From contig CAXXUO010000001.1 in assembly GCA_963666485.2 (NCBI GenBank), positions 448,001-512,000 of the forward strand: a stretch of DNA of 64,000 bases. Direction: 5' to 3'. A program made the translations under genes and the position numbers. A model generated the notes under the pieces. The model was given only the letters and a program-made list of their open reading frames with translations. It had not been told where the DNA came from and ran no database searches. This document shows, one piece after another, positions 9,650-20,048 of this stretch (the first letter of the stretch is position 1; each line of letters begins with the position of its first letter). The DNA is from Syntrophorhabdaceae bacterium (lineage in GTDB: Bacteria; Desulfobacterota; Syntrophorhabdia; Syntrophorhabdales; Syntrophorhabdaceae).

Positions 9650-11725
9650 ATGAGCGAATTTTTGCTTTTAGAGATCGGGACGGAAGAGATACCGGCCCGG
9701 TTCCTCGAGCCGGCCAAAGAAGGGCTCCTCAAGCTCGTCCGCGACACGTTCACCCAGTCGCGGATAGGCTTCGGCGCCGTAAATATACAGGCGACGCCGC
9801 GCCGCATGGCGCTTTTTGTCCAGGACGTCGCGGAAAAACAGGAAGAGACCGTTACCGTGAAGTTCGGGCCTCCCTACAACCGCGCATTCGATGAATCCGG
9901 AAACCCGACAAAGGCCGCCATCGGCTTCGCAAAATCGCAGGGCGCTGAGGTCGGCGACCTGACCAAAGGCATAAAAGACAACGTCGAGTTCGTAACGCTC
10001 GAAAAGCTGGAAAAGGGTGAACCCACCATCGATATGCTCCCCCGGCTTCTTCCGGACATTATCGCAAAGATCCCCTTCCAGAAGAAAATGCACTGGGGGT
10101 CGGAGACCTACGAATACGCGCGTCCCATCCAGTGGGTCATGTGCATACTGGGCGGCCGGGCGATAACGTTCCCCGTTGCGGACGTGGTGAGCAAGCCTGT
10201 CACGTTCGGCCACCGGTTCCTGTCGAGCGGCCCGATCGATATCAGCCATCCCCTCGACTACGTCGATGCGCTCAGAAAGAACTTCATCATAATAAATGAA
10301 GATGAGCGCCTCGAGATCATACGGGACGGCATAGCCAGGATCGAGAAAGAAACGGGAGGCCAGGCGATCAGGGACGAAGAGCTCGTCAGGGAGATCCTCT
10401 ACATAACCGAATATCCTTATCCCCTCAAAGGCTCTTTCGAAGAGGTGTACCTCACCATACCGAAGGAGGTCCTCGTCAATGTCATGAAGGCCCATCAACG
10501 GTACATCCCGATCGAAGACTCAACGGGCAGACTTTTGCCTTATTTCATATTCTTTGCCAACACCGTCCCGAAGGACGATGCAAACGTCGTCCGCGGCAAT
10601 GAAAAGGTCCTTCGGGCACGCCTTGCGGACGCCCGGTTCTTCTTCGACGAGGACAGAAAAATAAAACTGGCGGACCGTTTCGAGCGCCTTTCCTCCGTCG
10701 TTTTCCACGTCAAACTGGGAACACTGAAGGACAAGATGGACCGGGTTAAAAAGATCTCACTCGATCTTGCCTCCCTTGTTGACCCGTCGGCAGCGCCGCG
10801 GCTCGAAAGGCTTGTCCCGCTCATGAAGACCGACCTTGCGACGCACATGGTCGGCGAGTTCCCGGAATTGCAGGGGACGATGGGGCGGATATACGCCGCG
10901 CTCGAGGGAGAAGATGCCGAGGTGGCGAGCGCCATCGAGGAACATTACCTGCCGACAGGCGGGATGAGCAGCCTCCCGGAGACATCCGTCGGCTCAATAG
11001 CGGCGATCGCTGACAAACTCGATTCCATCGTCGCGTTCTTCTCGGTCGGCATCAACCCGACGGGGAACCTCGATCCTTACGCGCTGCGCCGCCAATCGCT
11101 TGGCATTATCAAGATAGTGATCGACCGTGCCTTGCTGCTGCCCCTCCAGGCGATCATCGAGAAAGCCTACGAGGCGGGAGCGGGCATACAGAAGAGGCTC
11201 CCTCTCGACGAGGCGCGGGCCTCTATAACCGAGTTCATATCCACCCGCTTCAAATTCGCCATGCTGGAAGAAGGCCACAACCAGGACTTCGTCGAGAGCG
11301 TCCTGCCCTGCGTTGCCGCCGATATTTACGACGGGTACACGCGGCTTATGTCCCTCGAGACGCAAAGGTCCATGGAAGATTTCCAGAGACTTATGGTCGG
11401 CTTCCGCCGGGTGTATAATATTACGAAGCAGATCACCGGTGCCGCACCCGTTGATCCGGCTGTGCTCTTCCTCGACGAGGAGAAAGAGCTGTTCCGGCTT
11501 TACTCGGCCAAAAAAGATACCTTCTTCAGCCATGTGAAAGAACGCGACTATGACAATGCGCTTGCCCTTCTTGTCGGCTTCAAGGAAACGATCGACAATT
11601 TCTTCGATAAGGTCTTCGTCATGGACAAGGACGAAACCGTCAAGACGAACAGGCTCGCATTGCTGACGCATATAAAAGATATGTTCTTGACCTTTGCAGA
11701 TTTCTCAAAGATACACTTCGAATAA
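9650..11725 (+). CDS. glyS: glycine-tRNA ligase beta subunit
   Basis: LLEIGTEEIPARF, TPRR, GNEKVLRARLADARFF, MVGEFPELQG, DPYALRR; follows glyQ. Confidence 0.97.
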   Translation: MSEFLLLEIGTEEIPARFLEPAKEGLLKLVRDTFTQSRIGFGAVNIQATPRRMALFVQDVAEKQEETVTVKFGPPYNRAFDESGNPTKAAIGFAKSQGAEVGDLTKGIKDNVEFVTLEKLEKGEPTIDMLPRLLPDIIAKIPFQKKMHWGSETYEYARPIQWVMCILGGRAITFPVADVVSKPVTFGHRFLSSGPIDISHPLDYVDALRKNFIIINEDERLEIIRDGIARIEKETGGQAIRDEELVREILYITEYPYPLKGSFEEVYLTIPKEVLVNVMKAHQRYIPIEDSTGRLLPYFIFFANTVPKDDANVVRGNEKVLRARLADARFFFDEDRKIKLADRFERLSSVVFHVKLGTLKDKMDRVKKISLDLASLVDPSAAPRLERLVPLMKTDLATHMVGEFPELQGTMGRIYAALEGEDAEVASAIEEHYLPTGGMSSLPETSVGSIAAIADKLDSIVAFFSVGINPTGNLDPYALRRQSLGIIKIVIDRALLLPLQAIIEKAYEAGAGIQKRLPLDEARASITEFISTRFKFAMLEEGHNQDFVESVLPCVAADIYDGYTRLMSLETQRSMEDFQRLMVGFRRVYNITKQITGAAPVDPAVLFLDEEKELFRLYSAKKDTFFSHVKERDYDNALALLVGFKETIDNFFDKVFVMDKDETVKTNRLALLTHIKDMFLTFADFSKIHFE

Positions 11726-11737
11726 AAGGAGGAGCAC

Positions 11738-14521
11738 ATGGCAAAAAACAAGATGGTATATTTCTTTGGCGGAAAAAAATCCGAAGGCAGCCTGAAGCTC
11801 AAGAATCTCCTGGGCGGAAAAGGTGCCGGTCTCGCCGACATGTCCAACCTCGGCATACCTGTTCCTCCGGGCTTCACTATCACGACCGAAGTTTGCACCC
11901 TCTTCTATGAAAACAAAGGGAAGCTTCCGAAAGGCCTCGACAAGGAAGTTGCTGAAAATATCAAGAAGGTCGAAAAGATCATGGGCGCGAAGTTCGGCGA
12001 CCCCAAAAACCCCCTTCTCTTCTCCGTCCGTTCCGGCGCGCGCGTCAGCATGCCCGGCATGATGGACACCGTCCTCAACCTCGGCCTCAACGAAAAGACC
12101 GTCGAAGGCCTTGCGAAGCTGACGAAGAACCCCCGTTTTGCCTATGACTGCTACCGCCGCTTTGTCCAGATGTACGGCGACGTCGTCCTCGGCCTCAAGC
12201 CGGAAAAAGAGGGCGAGCATGACCCGTTCGAGGTTATCATCGACAAGAAGAAGAAACAGCGCGGTACCACATCGGACACGGACCTCACGGTCGATGATCT
12301 CAAAGACCTGGTGAGCGAATTCAAGAAGACGATCAAACAGCGCCTTCGCGTGACCTTCCCGGAAAATCCCATGGACCAGCTGTGGGGCGCTATCGGTGCG
12401 GTCTTCAAATCATGGAACACCGACCGTGCCATCGCCTATCGCCAGCTCAACGATATCCCCGGCGACTGGGGTACGGCCGTCAACGTGCAGTGCATGGTCT
12501 TCGGGAACATGGGCGAGGATTGCGGTACGGGCGTGGCATTCACGAGAAACCCGTCATCCGGTGAAGATGCATTCTACGGCGAATACCTTATTAACGCCCA
12601 GGGCGAGGACGTCGTCGCGGGCATCAGGACGCCGCTTCCCATAAACAAGAAGCAGAAGACGGACAAATCCGTGAAGTCGCTCGAAGAGGTCTGGCCGGGC
12701 ATTTACAAAGAGGTCATCAAGATACGTGACACACTCGAGAAGAACTACCGCGATATGCAGGACGTCGAGTTCACGATACAGAATAAGAAGCTCTGGATGC
12801 TCCAGACACGGACCGGCAAGAGGACCGCTTTCGCGGCATTCAAGATTGCCGTCGACATGGTCAGGGAAAAACTCATCACAAAGGAAGAGGCCCTGATGAG
12901 GGTCGAGCCGGACCAGTTAAACCAGCTGCTTCGCCCGATCTTTGACCCGAAGGAAAAAGAGAAGGCACTGAAATCCGGGAGCCTCCTGTCGAAAGCCCTC
13001 AACGCGGGGCCCGGCGCAGCAGCAGGCAAGGTTGTCTTCAACGCGGCCGATGCGGAAACATGGGCGGCCCGCAAGGAAGACGTTATTCTCGTCCGCATCG
13101 ATACATCTCCAGAAGATATCCGCGGAATGAACGCCTCCCAGGGCATCCTCACGTCCCGCGGCGGCATGACAAGCCATGCAGCACTCGTCGCCCGCCAGAT
13201 GGGCAAGGTGTGCGTGGCCGGGTGCGGCGATCTGGACATTGATTACGCGAAAAAGGTCATCCGCGTGAATGGCAAGACCATCAAAGAAGGGGACTGGGTA
13301 TCCATCGACGGGACCACGGGAGAAGTCTTCCAGGGAAAGATAAAGACAATCCCGTCGGAAGTTCTCCAGGTCATGATCGACAAGACGCTGAAGCCGGCAA
13401 AATCCCAGATTTACCGCGATTTCGCGCTCCTTATGAGCTGGGCTGACGAGGCCCGGAAGCTCGGCATCAGGACAAACGCAGACCAGCCCGACCAGGCCGC
13501 CATCGCGGTTGCGTTCGGCGCCGAGGGCATCGGCCTGTGCAGGACCGAGCACATGTTCTTCGAGGGCAACCGCATCGACGCGGTCCGCGAAATGATCATC
13601 GCCGATGACGAGGCGGGGCGGAGAAAGGCACTGGCAAAACTCCTTCCCATCCAGAAGAAAGACTTTGTCGGCCTGTTCCAGGTCATGAAGGGCCTCCCCG
13701 TGACGATCAGGACCCTCGACCCGCCGCTGCACGAGTTCCTTCCGCACACCGAAAAAGAGATGCGCCTGCTCGCAAAGCAGATGGGCATATCCTACGAGAA
13801 AGTCCTCGCCAAGGTAGACAGCCTCCACGAGGCGAACCCGATGCTCGGGCACCGCGGCTGCCGCCTCGGCATCACCTTCCCGGAGATCACCGAGATGCAG
13901 GCGAGGGCCATTTTCGAGGCCGCCGTCGATGTAAAGAAGAAAGGCATAAATGTAAGACCGGAGGTCATGATACCGCTTGTCGGCAACGTCAACGAGTTGA
14001 AGCTCCAGAAGGATATAGTCGTAAAGGTCGCAGAAGAGGTCCTGAAAAAGAACAAGGTAAAGATCGATTACATGATCGGGACCATGATCGAGATCCCGCG
14101 GGCTGCCATAACTGCGGACGAGGTGGCCAAGGAAGCCGAGTTCTTCTCATTCGGCACCAATGACCTGACCCAGATGACGCTCGGCATGAGCCGTGACGAT
14201 GCCGGTAAATTCCTCGGCGATTACGTCCAGAAGGAGATATATGCATTCGACCCGTTCCAGAGGATCGATGAGGGCGGCGTGGGAAGGCTTATGGAGATCG
14301 GCGTCGCATTGGGGCGCGGCGTGCGCAGGGACCTCAAGGTCGGCATCTGCGGCGAGCACGGCGGAGAACCCAATTCCGTCGAATTCTGCCACCGGACCGG
14401 GCTCAATTATGTCAGCTGCTCCCCGTTCCGCGTGACGATCGCAAAACTTGCCGCAGCACGGGCCGCAATAAAGGAAAAACAGTCCAAACCCGCTAAGAAG
14501 AAGGCTGCAAAGAAGAAATAA
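11738..14521 (+). CDS. ppdK: pyruvate, phosphate dikinase
   Basis: [34 protein letters not shown] phospho-His, [29 protein letters not shown]. Confidence 0.98.
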   Translation: MAKNKMVYFFGGKKSEGSLKLKNLLGGKGAGLADMSNLGIPVPPGFTITTEVCTLFYENKGKLPKGLDKEVAENIKKVEKIMGAKFGDPKNPLLFSVRSGARVSMPGMMDTVLNLGLNEKTVEGLAKLTKNPRFAYDCYRRFVQMYGDVVLGLKPEKEGEHDPFEVIIDKKKKQRGTTSDTDLTVDDLKDLVSEFKKTIKQRLRVTFPENPMDQLWGAIGAVFKSWNTDRAIAYRQLNDIPGDWGTAVNVQCMVFGNMGEDCGTGVAFTRNPSSGEDAFYGEYLINAQGEDVVAGIRTPLPINKKQKTDKSVKSLEEVWPGIYKEVIKIRDTLEKNYRDMQDVEFTIQNKKLWMLQTRTGKRTAFAAFKIAVDMVREKLITKEEALMRVEPDQLNQLLRPIFDPKEKEKALKSGSLLSKALNAGPGAAAGKVVFNAADAETWAARKEDVILVRIDTSPEDIRGMNASQGILTSRGGMTSHAALVARQMGKVCVAGCGDLDIDYAKKVIRVNGKTIKEGDWVSIDGTTGEVFQGKIKTIPSEVLQVMIDKTLKPAKSQIYRDFALLMSWADEARKLGIRTNADQPDQAAIAVAFGAEGIGLCRTEHMFFEGNRIDAVREMIIADDEAGRRKALAKLLPIQKKDFVGLFQVMKGLPVTIRTLDPPLHEFLPHTEKEMRLLAKQMGISYEKVLAKVDSLHEANPMLGHRGCRLGITFPEITEMQARAIFEAAVDVKKKGINVRPEVMIPLVGNVNELKLQKDIVVKVAEEVLKKNKVKIDYMIGTMIEIPRAAITADEVAKEAEFFSFGTNDLTQMTLGMSRDDAGKFLGDYVQKEIYAFDPFQRIDEGGVGRLMEIGVALGRGVRRDLKVGICGEHGGEPNSVEFCHRTGLNYVSCSPFRVTIAKLAAARAAIKEKQSKPAKKKAAKKK

Positions 14522-14547
14522 GGGAACTCTACGGTCAGACATTCATC

Positions 14548-14578
14548 AGGACCCCGCGATCATTCGCGGGGTCCTTTT
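14548..14578 (+). terminator. Rho-independent terminator after ppdK
   Basis: AGGACCCCGCGA-tcat-TCGCGGGGTCCT followed by TTT. Confidence 0.85.
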
Positions 14579-14725
14579 GCATCACCTGATCGCCCGGCGC
14601 GCCGACCCTCCGGAAGATTTCTGCATCATTAACGCGAAGCCCTTGAAATAACGGGATAATTTAGGGGTTGCTTTTCAAGGGCCATCCGTAATAAACAGTA
14701 TACGGTCAGGGCGCCACAATACCTC

Positions 14726-17700
14726 ATGAAAGATCCGATATCCTCTCTTCAAAAAGATGCCGAAGGCCTCGCAAGGCATATCCTCAGTCGCCATGATTTT
14801 GCGGGTCCTGAGGCTGATGGCGCGGTGCCGGTCGCAGCCGATCTCATACGCGCCCTTGCCGACAGCATAAAAATGATGCAGCCTGCCACCTTCCTCAATG
14901 CCGTTGCCCTCAAACGGGATGAAAGGGCTTCCTTTGTCGACGGTTTCGTCTCAATGCTTGAAGAAGCGGTTATGGAATGGGACATGATATCGCGCCAGAC
15001 ACGCTTCCTCTGGAGTGTTTTCCACGAGGCCCGATCGCAGTCCGTCGTGCCCGGGGAAAATCACGACGAGGGACAGCTGCTGCCGGGTTCCGAACAGTTC
15101 CTGGCCGATATCGCCGACCGTATCCCCGGCATCATTTTTCAATTTTACGCAAAGAACGACGGAACGATGGGGATATCTTATTTAAGCGGCCGGTCTTTCG
15201 AGATCTTTGGTGATGATCCGGCCCCTTCTGAAAGGCTTGACTTTTTTCTTTCCCATGCGGCCCCGTCCTGCAGGCAAGACCTGCTTGAATCGATACAGAA
15301 TGCGGTTGCCAACGAAACTGATTGGGAGTTTGAAGGCGAATACATCAAGGATTCCGGTGAATCCGTATTCTTCTCGGGAAGGTCGACCCCTGTGAGGACC
15401 GGTGACACCCTGCTTTTCACAGGCGTTCTCCTCGACATAACAGCCCGCAGGATAGCTGAAACAAAACTTGTCGAGAGCGAACGAAAATTCAGTGTCATTG
15501 CCGACCTTATGCCCCAGGTCATCTTTGAGGTCGACGAAAAGGTGAACGTCGTTTTTATCAACAAGCGGGCGTTCGAGCTCTTTGGTTACGAGGAGAGCGA
15601 TTTCCCGGAGGGTTTCAATTGCTTCGAGCATATCGCACCGGAAGATCATGCGCGGGCGATGGAAAATATCGAGAAGCTGGCCCGGGATGATGAGTCGTTC
15701 GGAAATGAGTATACCGGGATCAGGAAGGACGACACCCGATTCCCGATCATGATCTACGCAAGCAGGGTCATGCAGGATGGCCGGCTGAAAGGGTATCGCG
15801 GCATCGTCGTTGACATAACGCGGAGAAAACAGGCGGAAGAAGCGGTGAAGGAAGGCGAGGAACGTCTCCGTCAGATCATCGACCTGGTCCCCCACTTTAT
15901 ATTCGCAAAGGATGCGGACGGAAGGTTCATACTGGCGAACAAAGCTGTTGCTGGCGCATACGGTGTCGAGGTCGACGACCTTATCGGCCAGCTGGATCCC
16001 CGTTCTTTCTCGTCCGACCATCAAAGATCCGCCCTGCAGGATGATCTCGAGGTGATCCATAAGGGAACGTGCAAATATATACCGGAAGAAATCATTACGG
16101 ACGCACAGGGGAATATCCGGCATCTACAGACAATCAAGATCCCTTTCACGTTTTCGGGTACGCAGGCGCCCTCTCTTCTCGGGGTGTCCGTCGATATAAC
16201 GGAGAGAAACACAGCCCTGGAAGCCTCAAGAAAAAGCGAGGAGAGATTCAGGAAATATTTCGAAGTCCCGCTCATCGGGGTAACGATCCTCGATCCTTCG
16301 GGGAAATGGCTGGAAGTCAACGACAAATTTTGCGAAATGGCCGGGTATTCCCGCGACGAACTTCTTTCGATGAAATGGCAGGATATCACGCCTCCGGAAG
16401 ATCTGTCCCGGGAAATGGAGAAATACCTTATCTTTCTCGAAGACAGTTCCGCTTCCGTAGCGACCCGCGAAAAGAGGTATCTCCGCAGGGACGGGACCTT
16501 GATCGATGTTATCATTGCAACCCATTGCGTGAGGAAAGACGACGGCACGCCTGATTACTTATTGTGTGTCATCCAGGATATATCGCTCCGGAAAGCGGCT
16601 GAACGGAAAATGGCCCGGTCGGAACAGGAACTGCTCACCATTCTGTCCGCGTCGCCCATAGGTATCGGAAGGGTCCGCGACCGCGTGGTTGAATGGGTCA
16701 ATGAATCGTTATGCGCTATCTCCGGCTATTCGCTGGAGGAATTTACCGGGCGTGATACGAGCTATCTTTATTCAACCCTGGCCGAATACGAAAGGGTCGG
16801 CGAGCAGATCTACCGGGAAGGACAGGCCGAAACACAATGGGTAACGAAAGACGGCCGCATTGTCGATGTCTTGCTCCAGGTGTCACCGGCTGACAAGGGT
16901 GCGTATATATGCACGGTCACCGATATGACGCGCCTGAAGCGCGCGGAGGACTCCCTGAGATTCACACAATTTTCCGTGGACAGTGCCCTCGACAATATCT
17001 ACTGGATGGACGGCGGCGGCCGGTTCGCCTATGTCAATGACAGCGCCTGCAGGTCTACGGGATATAGCCGGGAAGAGCTCCTGTCGATGTCGATCCATGA
17101 CCTCGACCCGAACTACCCGGCTGAAATGTGGCCTCAGATGTGGGAGAAAATTATCAGGACGGGTTCGCGCCAGTTCGAGTCCATGCATCGAAGAAAGGAC
17201 GGCTCCCTTTTCCCTGTCGAGATAAACGTCAGCTATCTCTCTTACGACGAATTCCAGTACGCGTGTGCCTTTACCCGGGACATAACGGAACGCAAGCGGG
17301 CCGAGGAGGCCCTGCGCGAAAGCGAGGAGCGCTGGCAGTTCGCCCTCGAAGGGTCCGGCGATGGCCTGTGGGACTGGGATGTGCCGGGGAAAAAAGTGTA
17401 TTTATCAAAGCAGTATAAGGAAATGATCGGTTTTGCCGACGACGAGTTCCCGGACTCGCTTGGGGAATGGGAAAGCCGCCTTCACCCTGACGATAAAGCC
17501 GATGTTTACGCAAAACTGAACAGCCACCTTGAAGGCAAGTCGCCGGTATACATCAGCCAGTATCGCCTCAGGTCGAAGGACGGCTCTTATAAATGGATCC
17601 TGGACCGGGGCAAGGTGATCACCCGGACCGAGGACGGCAAGCCGCTTCGGGTCATCGGCATCCACACGGACATCACGGAGCGCAAGCACCTTGAGTCGCA

Positions 17701-18835
17701 GCTTCTCCAGTCCCAGAAGATGGAGGCGGTGGGAACGCTCGCGGGCGGGGTCGCGCACGACTTCAATAACCTTTTGAGCGCCATCATGGGGTACGCCAGC
17801 CTTCTCCAGATGAAGATGGACAAGCATGACCCTCTTTACTCCTACGCCGCTCACATCCTGACATCGTCGGAAAAGGCGGCGAACCTTACCCAGAGCCTGC
17901 TTGCCTTCAGCCGCAAACAGGTCATAGACCTCAAGCCCATCGCCTTGAACGACACGGTGGAAAAACTGCACAAACTCCTCGAACGCCTTATCCCCGAGGA
18001 TGTCGAGTTCAAGGTCCAGAAGATCGATGAGCGCCTGATCGTCATGGCCGATGTGGGACAACTCGACCAGGTCATCATGAACCTCGTCACCAATGCCCGT
18101 GATGCCATGCCCCGCGGGGGGAAACTGACCATACGGATAGACCGGGCGGCGGCGAACAGCCGCTTCATGACGACAAACAAGAATGTCGATCTCTCCGATC
18201 ATGCACTCATCGAGATATCGGACACCGGCGTCGGCATGGACAAGAAAACGATCGAAAAGATATTCGAGCCATTCTACACGACCAAGGAACTGGGCCGGGG
18301 GACCGGGCTCGGGCTCTCCATCGTTTACGGCATCATCAAACAGCACAACGGGTACATAGATGTCCGGAGCCAGCCCGGAGAAGGAAGTGTTTTTTCGGTC
18401 TATCTGCCGCTCGTCTGGATGGAGCCCGAGGACGACCGCGACATCTCGCAGATCGTCGGCGGGATAGAGACAATATTGATCGCCGAGGACAACAAAGAAC
18501 TATGCCAGCTTTCGACAAGGGTCCTCCGCGATCACGGGTACAGCGTCCTTGCCGCCATGGACGGATCCGCGGCCGTTGACATGTTCCGCCGACATTCCCA
18601 GGAAATAGCCCTCGTGATCCTCGACGTCGTCATGCCAAAAATGAACGGCAAGGAGGCATACGAGGCCATCAAAAAGCTTGACCCCTCCGCGAAGGTCATT
18701 TTCACCAGCGGGTATACGGATGACATCATCGTCGAAAGAGGCGTCGAGAACGAGCAGTACGACTTCCTGAACAAGCCCCTCACCCCGGCTACGCTGCTTA
18801 GGAAGATACGGGAAGTGCTGGATAGAAGAACGTAA
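14726..18835 (+). CDS. hybrid multi-PAS sensor histidine kinase / receiver
   Basis: about seven PAS/PAC repeats, GTLAGGVAHDFNN, NLVTNARDAM, FYTTKELGRGTGLGL, C-terminal receiver (LIAEDN..LDVVMP..FTSGY..KP). Confidence 0.95.
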   Translation: MKDPISSLQKDAEGLARHILSRHDFAGPEADGAVPVAADLIRALADSIKMMQPATFLNAVALKRDERASFVDGFVSMLEEAVMEWDMISRQTRFLWSVFHEARSQSVVPGENHDEGQLLPGSEQFLADIADRIPGIIFQFYAKNDGTMGISYLSGRSFEIFGDDPAPSERLDFFLSHAAPSCRQDLLESIQNAVANETDWEFEGEYIKDSGESVFFSGRSTPVRTGDTLLFTGVLLDITARRIAETKLVESERKFSVIADLMPQVIFEVDEKVNVVFINKRAFELFGYEESDFPEGFNCFEHIAPEDHARAMENIEKLARDDESFGNEYTGIRKDDTRFPIMIYASRVMQDGRLKGYRGIVVDITRRKQAEEAVKEGEERLRQIIDLVPHFIFAKDADGRFILANKAVAGAYGVEVDDLIGQLDPRSFSSDHQRSALQDDLEVIHKGTCKYIPEEIITDAQGNIRHLQTIKIPFTFSGTQAPSLLGVSVDITERNTALEASRKSEERFRKYFEVPLIGVTILDPSGKWLEVNDKFCEMAGYSRDELLSMKWQDITPPEDLSREMEKYLIFLEDSSASVATREKRYLRRDGTLIDVIIATHCVRKDDGTPDYLLCVIQDISLRKAAERKMARSEQELLTILSASPIGIGRVRDRVVEWVNESLCAISGYSLEEFTGRDTSYLYSTLAEYERVGEQIYREGQAETQWVTKDGRIVDVLLQVSPADKGAYICTVTDMTRLKRAEDSLRFTQFSVDSALDNIYWMDGGGRFAYVNDSACRSTGYSREELLSMSIHDLDPNYPAEMWPQMWEKIIRTGSRQFESMHRRKDGSLFPVEINVSYLSYDEFQYACAFTRDITERKRAEEALRESEERWQFALEGSGDGLWDWDVPGKKVYLSKQYKEMIGFADDEFPDSLGEWESRLHPDDKADVYAKLNSHLEGKSPVYISQYRLRSKDGSYKWILDRGKVITRTEDGKPLRVIGIHTDITERKHLESQLLQSQKMEAVGTLAGGVAHDFNNLLSAIMGYASLLQMKMDKHDPLYSYAAHILTSSEKAANLTQSLLAFSRKQVIDLKPIALNDTVEKLHKLLERLIPEDVEFKVQKIDERLIVMADVGQLDQVIMNLVTNARDAMPRGGKLTIRIDRAAANSRFMTTNKNVDLSDHALIEISDTGVGMDKKTIEKIFEPFYTTKELGRGTGLGLSIVYGIIKQHNGYIDVRSQPGEGSVFSVYLPLVWMEPEDDRDISQIVGGIETILIAEDNKELCQLSTRVLRDHGYSVLAAMDGSAAVDMFRRHSQEIALVILDVVMPKMNGKEAYEAIKKLDPSAKVIFTSGYTDDIIVERGVENEQYDFLNKPLTPATLLRKIREVLDRRT

Positions 18836-18841
18836 GGGGGT

Positions 18842-18872
18842 TAACGGCTAACGGCTAACGGCTAACGGCTAA
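18842..18872. repeat. (TAACGGC)4 heptamer array
   Basis: TAACGGCTAACGGCTAACGGCTAACGGCTAA just after the kinase stop codon. Confidence 0.9.
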
Positions 18873-18946
18873 AAGATTTTTTACAGGTGTAAACGTTCCG
18901 ACCTTGCAGGACAATCCCTTCCGTATAATCCCTAACCTCCATCTTC

Positions 18947-19055
18947 CGTCTTCCCGGCCCCCGAGCCGGGACCCAAGGTTTTTCTTTTTGGTTTTTCAAA
19001 AACATAAATACTAAAAAAACAGAACCTTGGGTCCCGGGTCAAGCCCGGGAAGACG
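18947..19055. repeat. REP-like doublet (REPIN-like hairpin), copy A
   Basis: CGTCTTCCCGGCCCCCGAGCCGGGACCCAAGGTT..T-rich/A-rich spacer..AACCTTGGGTCCCGGGTCAAGCCCGGGAAGACG. Confidence 0.85.
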
Positions 19056-19227
19056 ATAAAAATACGTTAAGTACAAAGCCGGCCTGCCAGAATGTGACGC
19101 TGGTTACTTCATTTAATTTTTGTCCTGGAAGATCGGAACCTTTACAACAGGAAAAATACCACATATCGGGAAGTATTTAGCGCGGGGGACATCTTTTTTA
19201 AATTTTTTTGACAGGTGAGGAGAAGCC

Positions 19228-19875
19228 TTACGCCTTACTATTCTTCAATTTGTGTTTCAGAAACTCGATAACCCCCGGCATTATTGACAATATGATTATT
19301 GCAAAGATGACGAGCGTGAAGTTGCGCTTGACCATGGGGATGTTGCCGAAAAAGTAACCGGCATAGGCGAAGGCGCCGATCCACAGGATGCCTCCGATGA
19401 CGTTATAGCTGATGAACTTTCCGTAGGTCATGCTCCCTATCCCGGCGACGAAGGGGGCGAAAGTCCTGATGATGGGGACAAAACGGGCGATGATGATCGT
19501 CTTCCCGCCGTATTTTTCGTAAAACTCATGCGTCCTGTCGAGGTATTTCCTGTTCAGGAACCGGACGTTCTCGTTGTGGAACACCTTCGGTCCGACTATT
19601 TTCCCTATCCAGTAATTGACCGTATCACCCAGTACCGCTGCGACAGACAGCAGGACAAAAAGCCAGAACACGTTGAAATCGCCGCGGGCCGCAAAGGTCC
19701 CGGCCGCGAAAAGAAGGGAATCCCCGGGCAGTAAAGGTGCGACGACGAGACCCGTCTCGCAGAAAATGATCAGGAAAAGTATCAGGTACGTCCAGACCCC
19801 GTAACTGCGTATCAGTTCGCTTAAATGAAGGTCTATATGAATGATGAAATCGATAACCAGCTTGATAAAGTCCAC
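19228..19875 (-). CDS. dedA: DedA family membrane protein
   Basis: FCETGLVVAPLLPGDSLLFAAG, GDTVNYWIG, ARFVPIIRTFAPFVAG. Confidence 0.95.
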   Translation of the reverse strand: MDFIKLVIDFIIHIDLHLSELIRSYGVWTYLILFLIIFCETGLVVAPLLPGDSLLFAAGTFAARGDFNVFWLFVLLSVAAVLGDTVNYWIGKIVGPKVFHNENVRFLNRKYLDRTHEFYEKYGGKTIIIARFVPIIRTFAPFVAGIGSMTYGKFISYNVIGGILWIGAFAYAGYFFGNIPMVKRNFTLVIFAIIILSIMPGVIEFLKHKLKNSKA

Positions 19876-20048
19876 CGCCTAACCTCTCCTTTTCGCCTTG
19901 CACGTTCCGCTGAAAAATTCCCTGTATACTACACTTTGATGCTTACCCAAGTCAATGAAATGGTTGGCCGTTATTTTTTTGCCCTTCACCTTGTAGTTGC
20001 CACTGCTCTGCCTTATACTATCAACACCTTGAAGCAAAAGGACGTCAG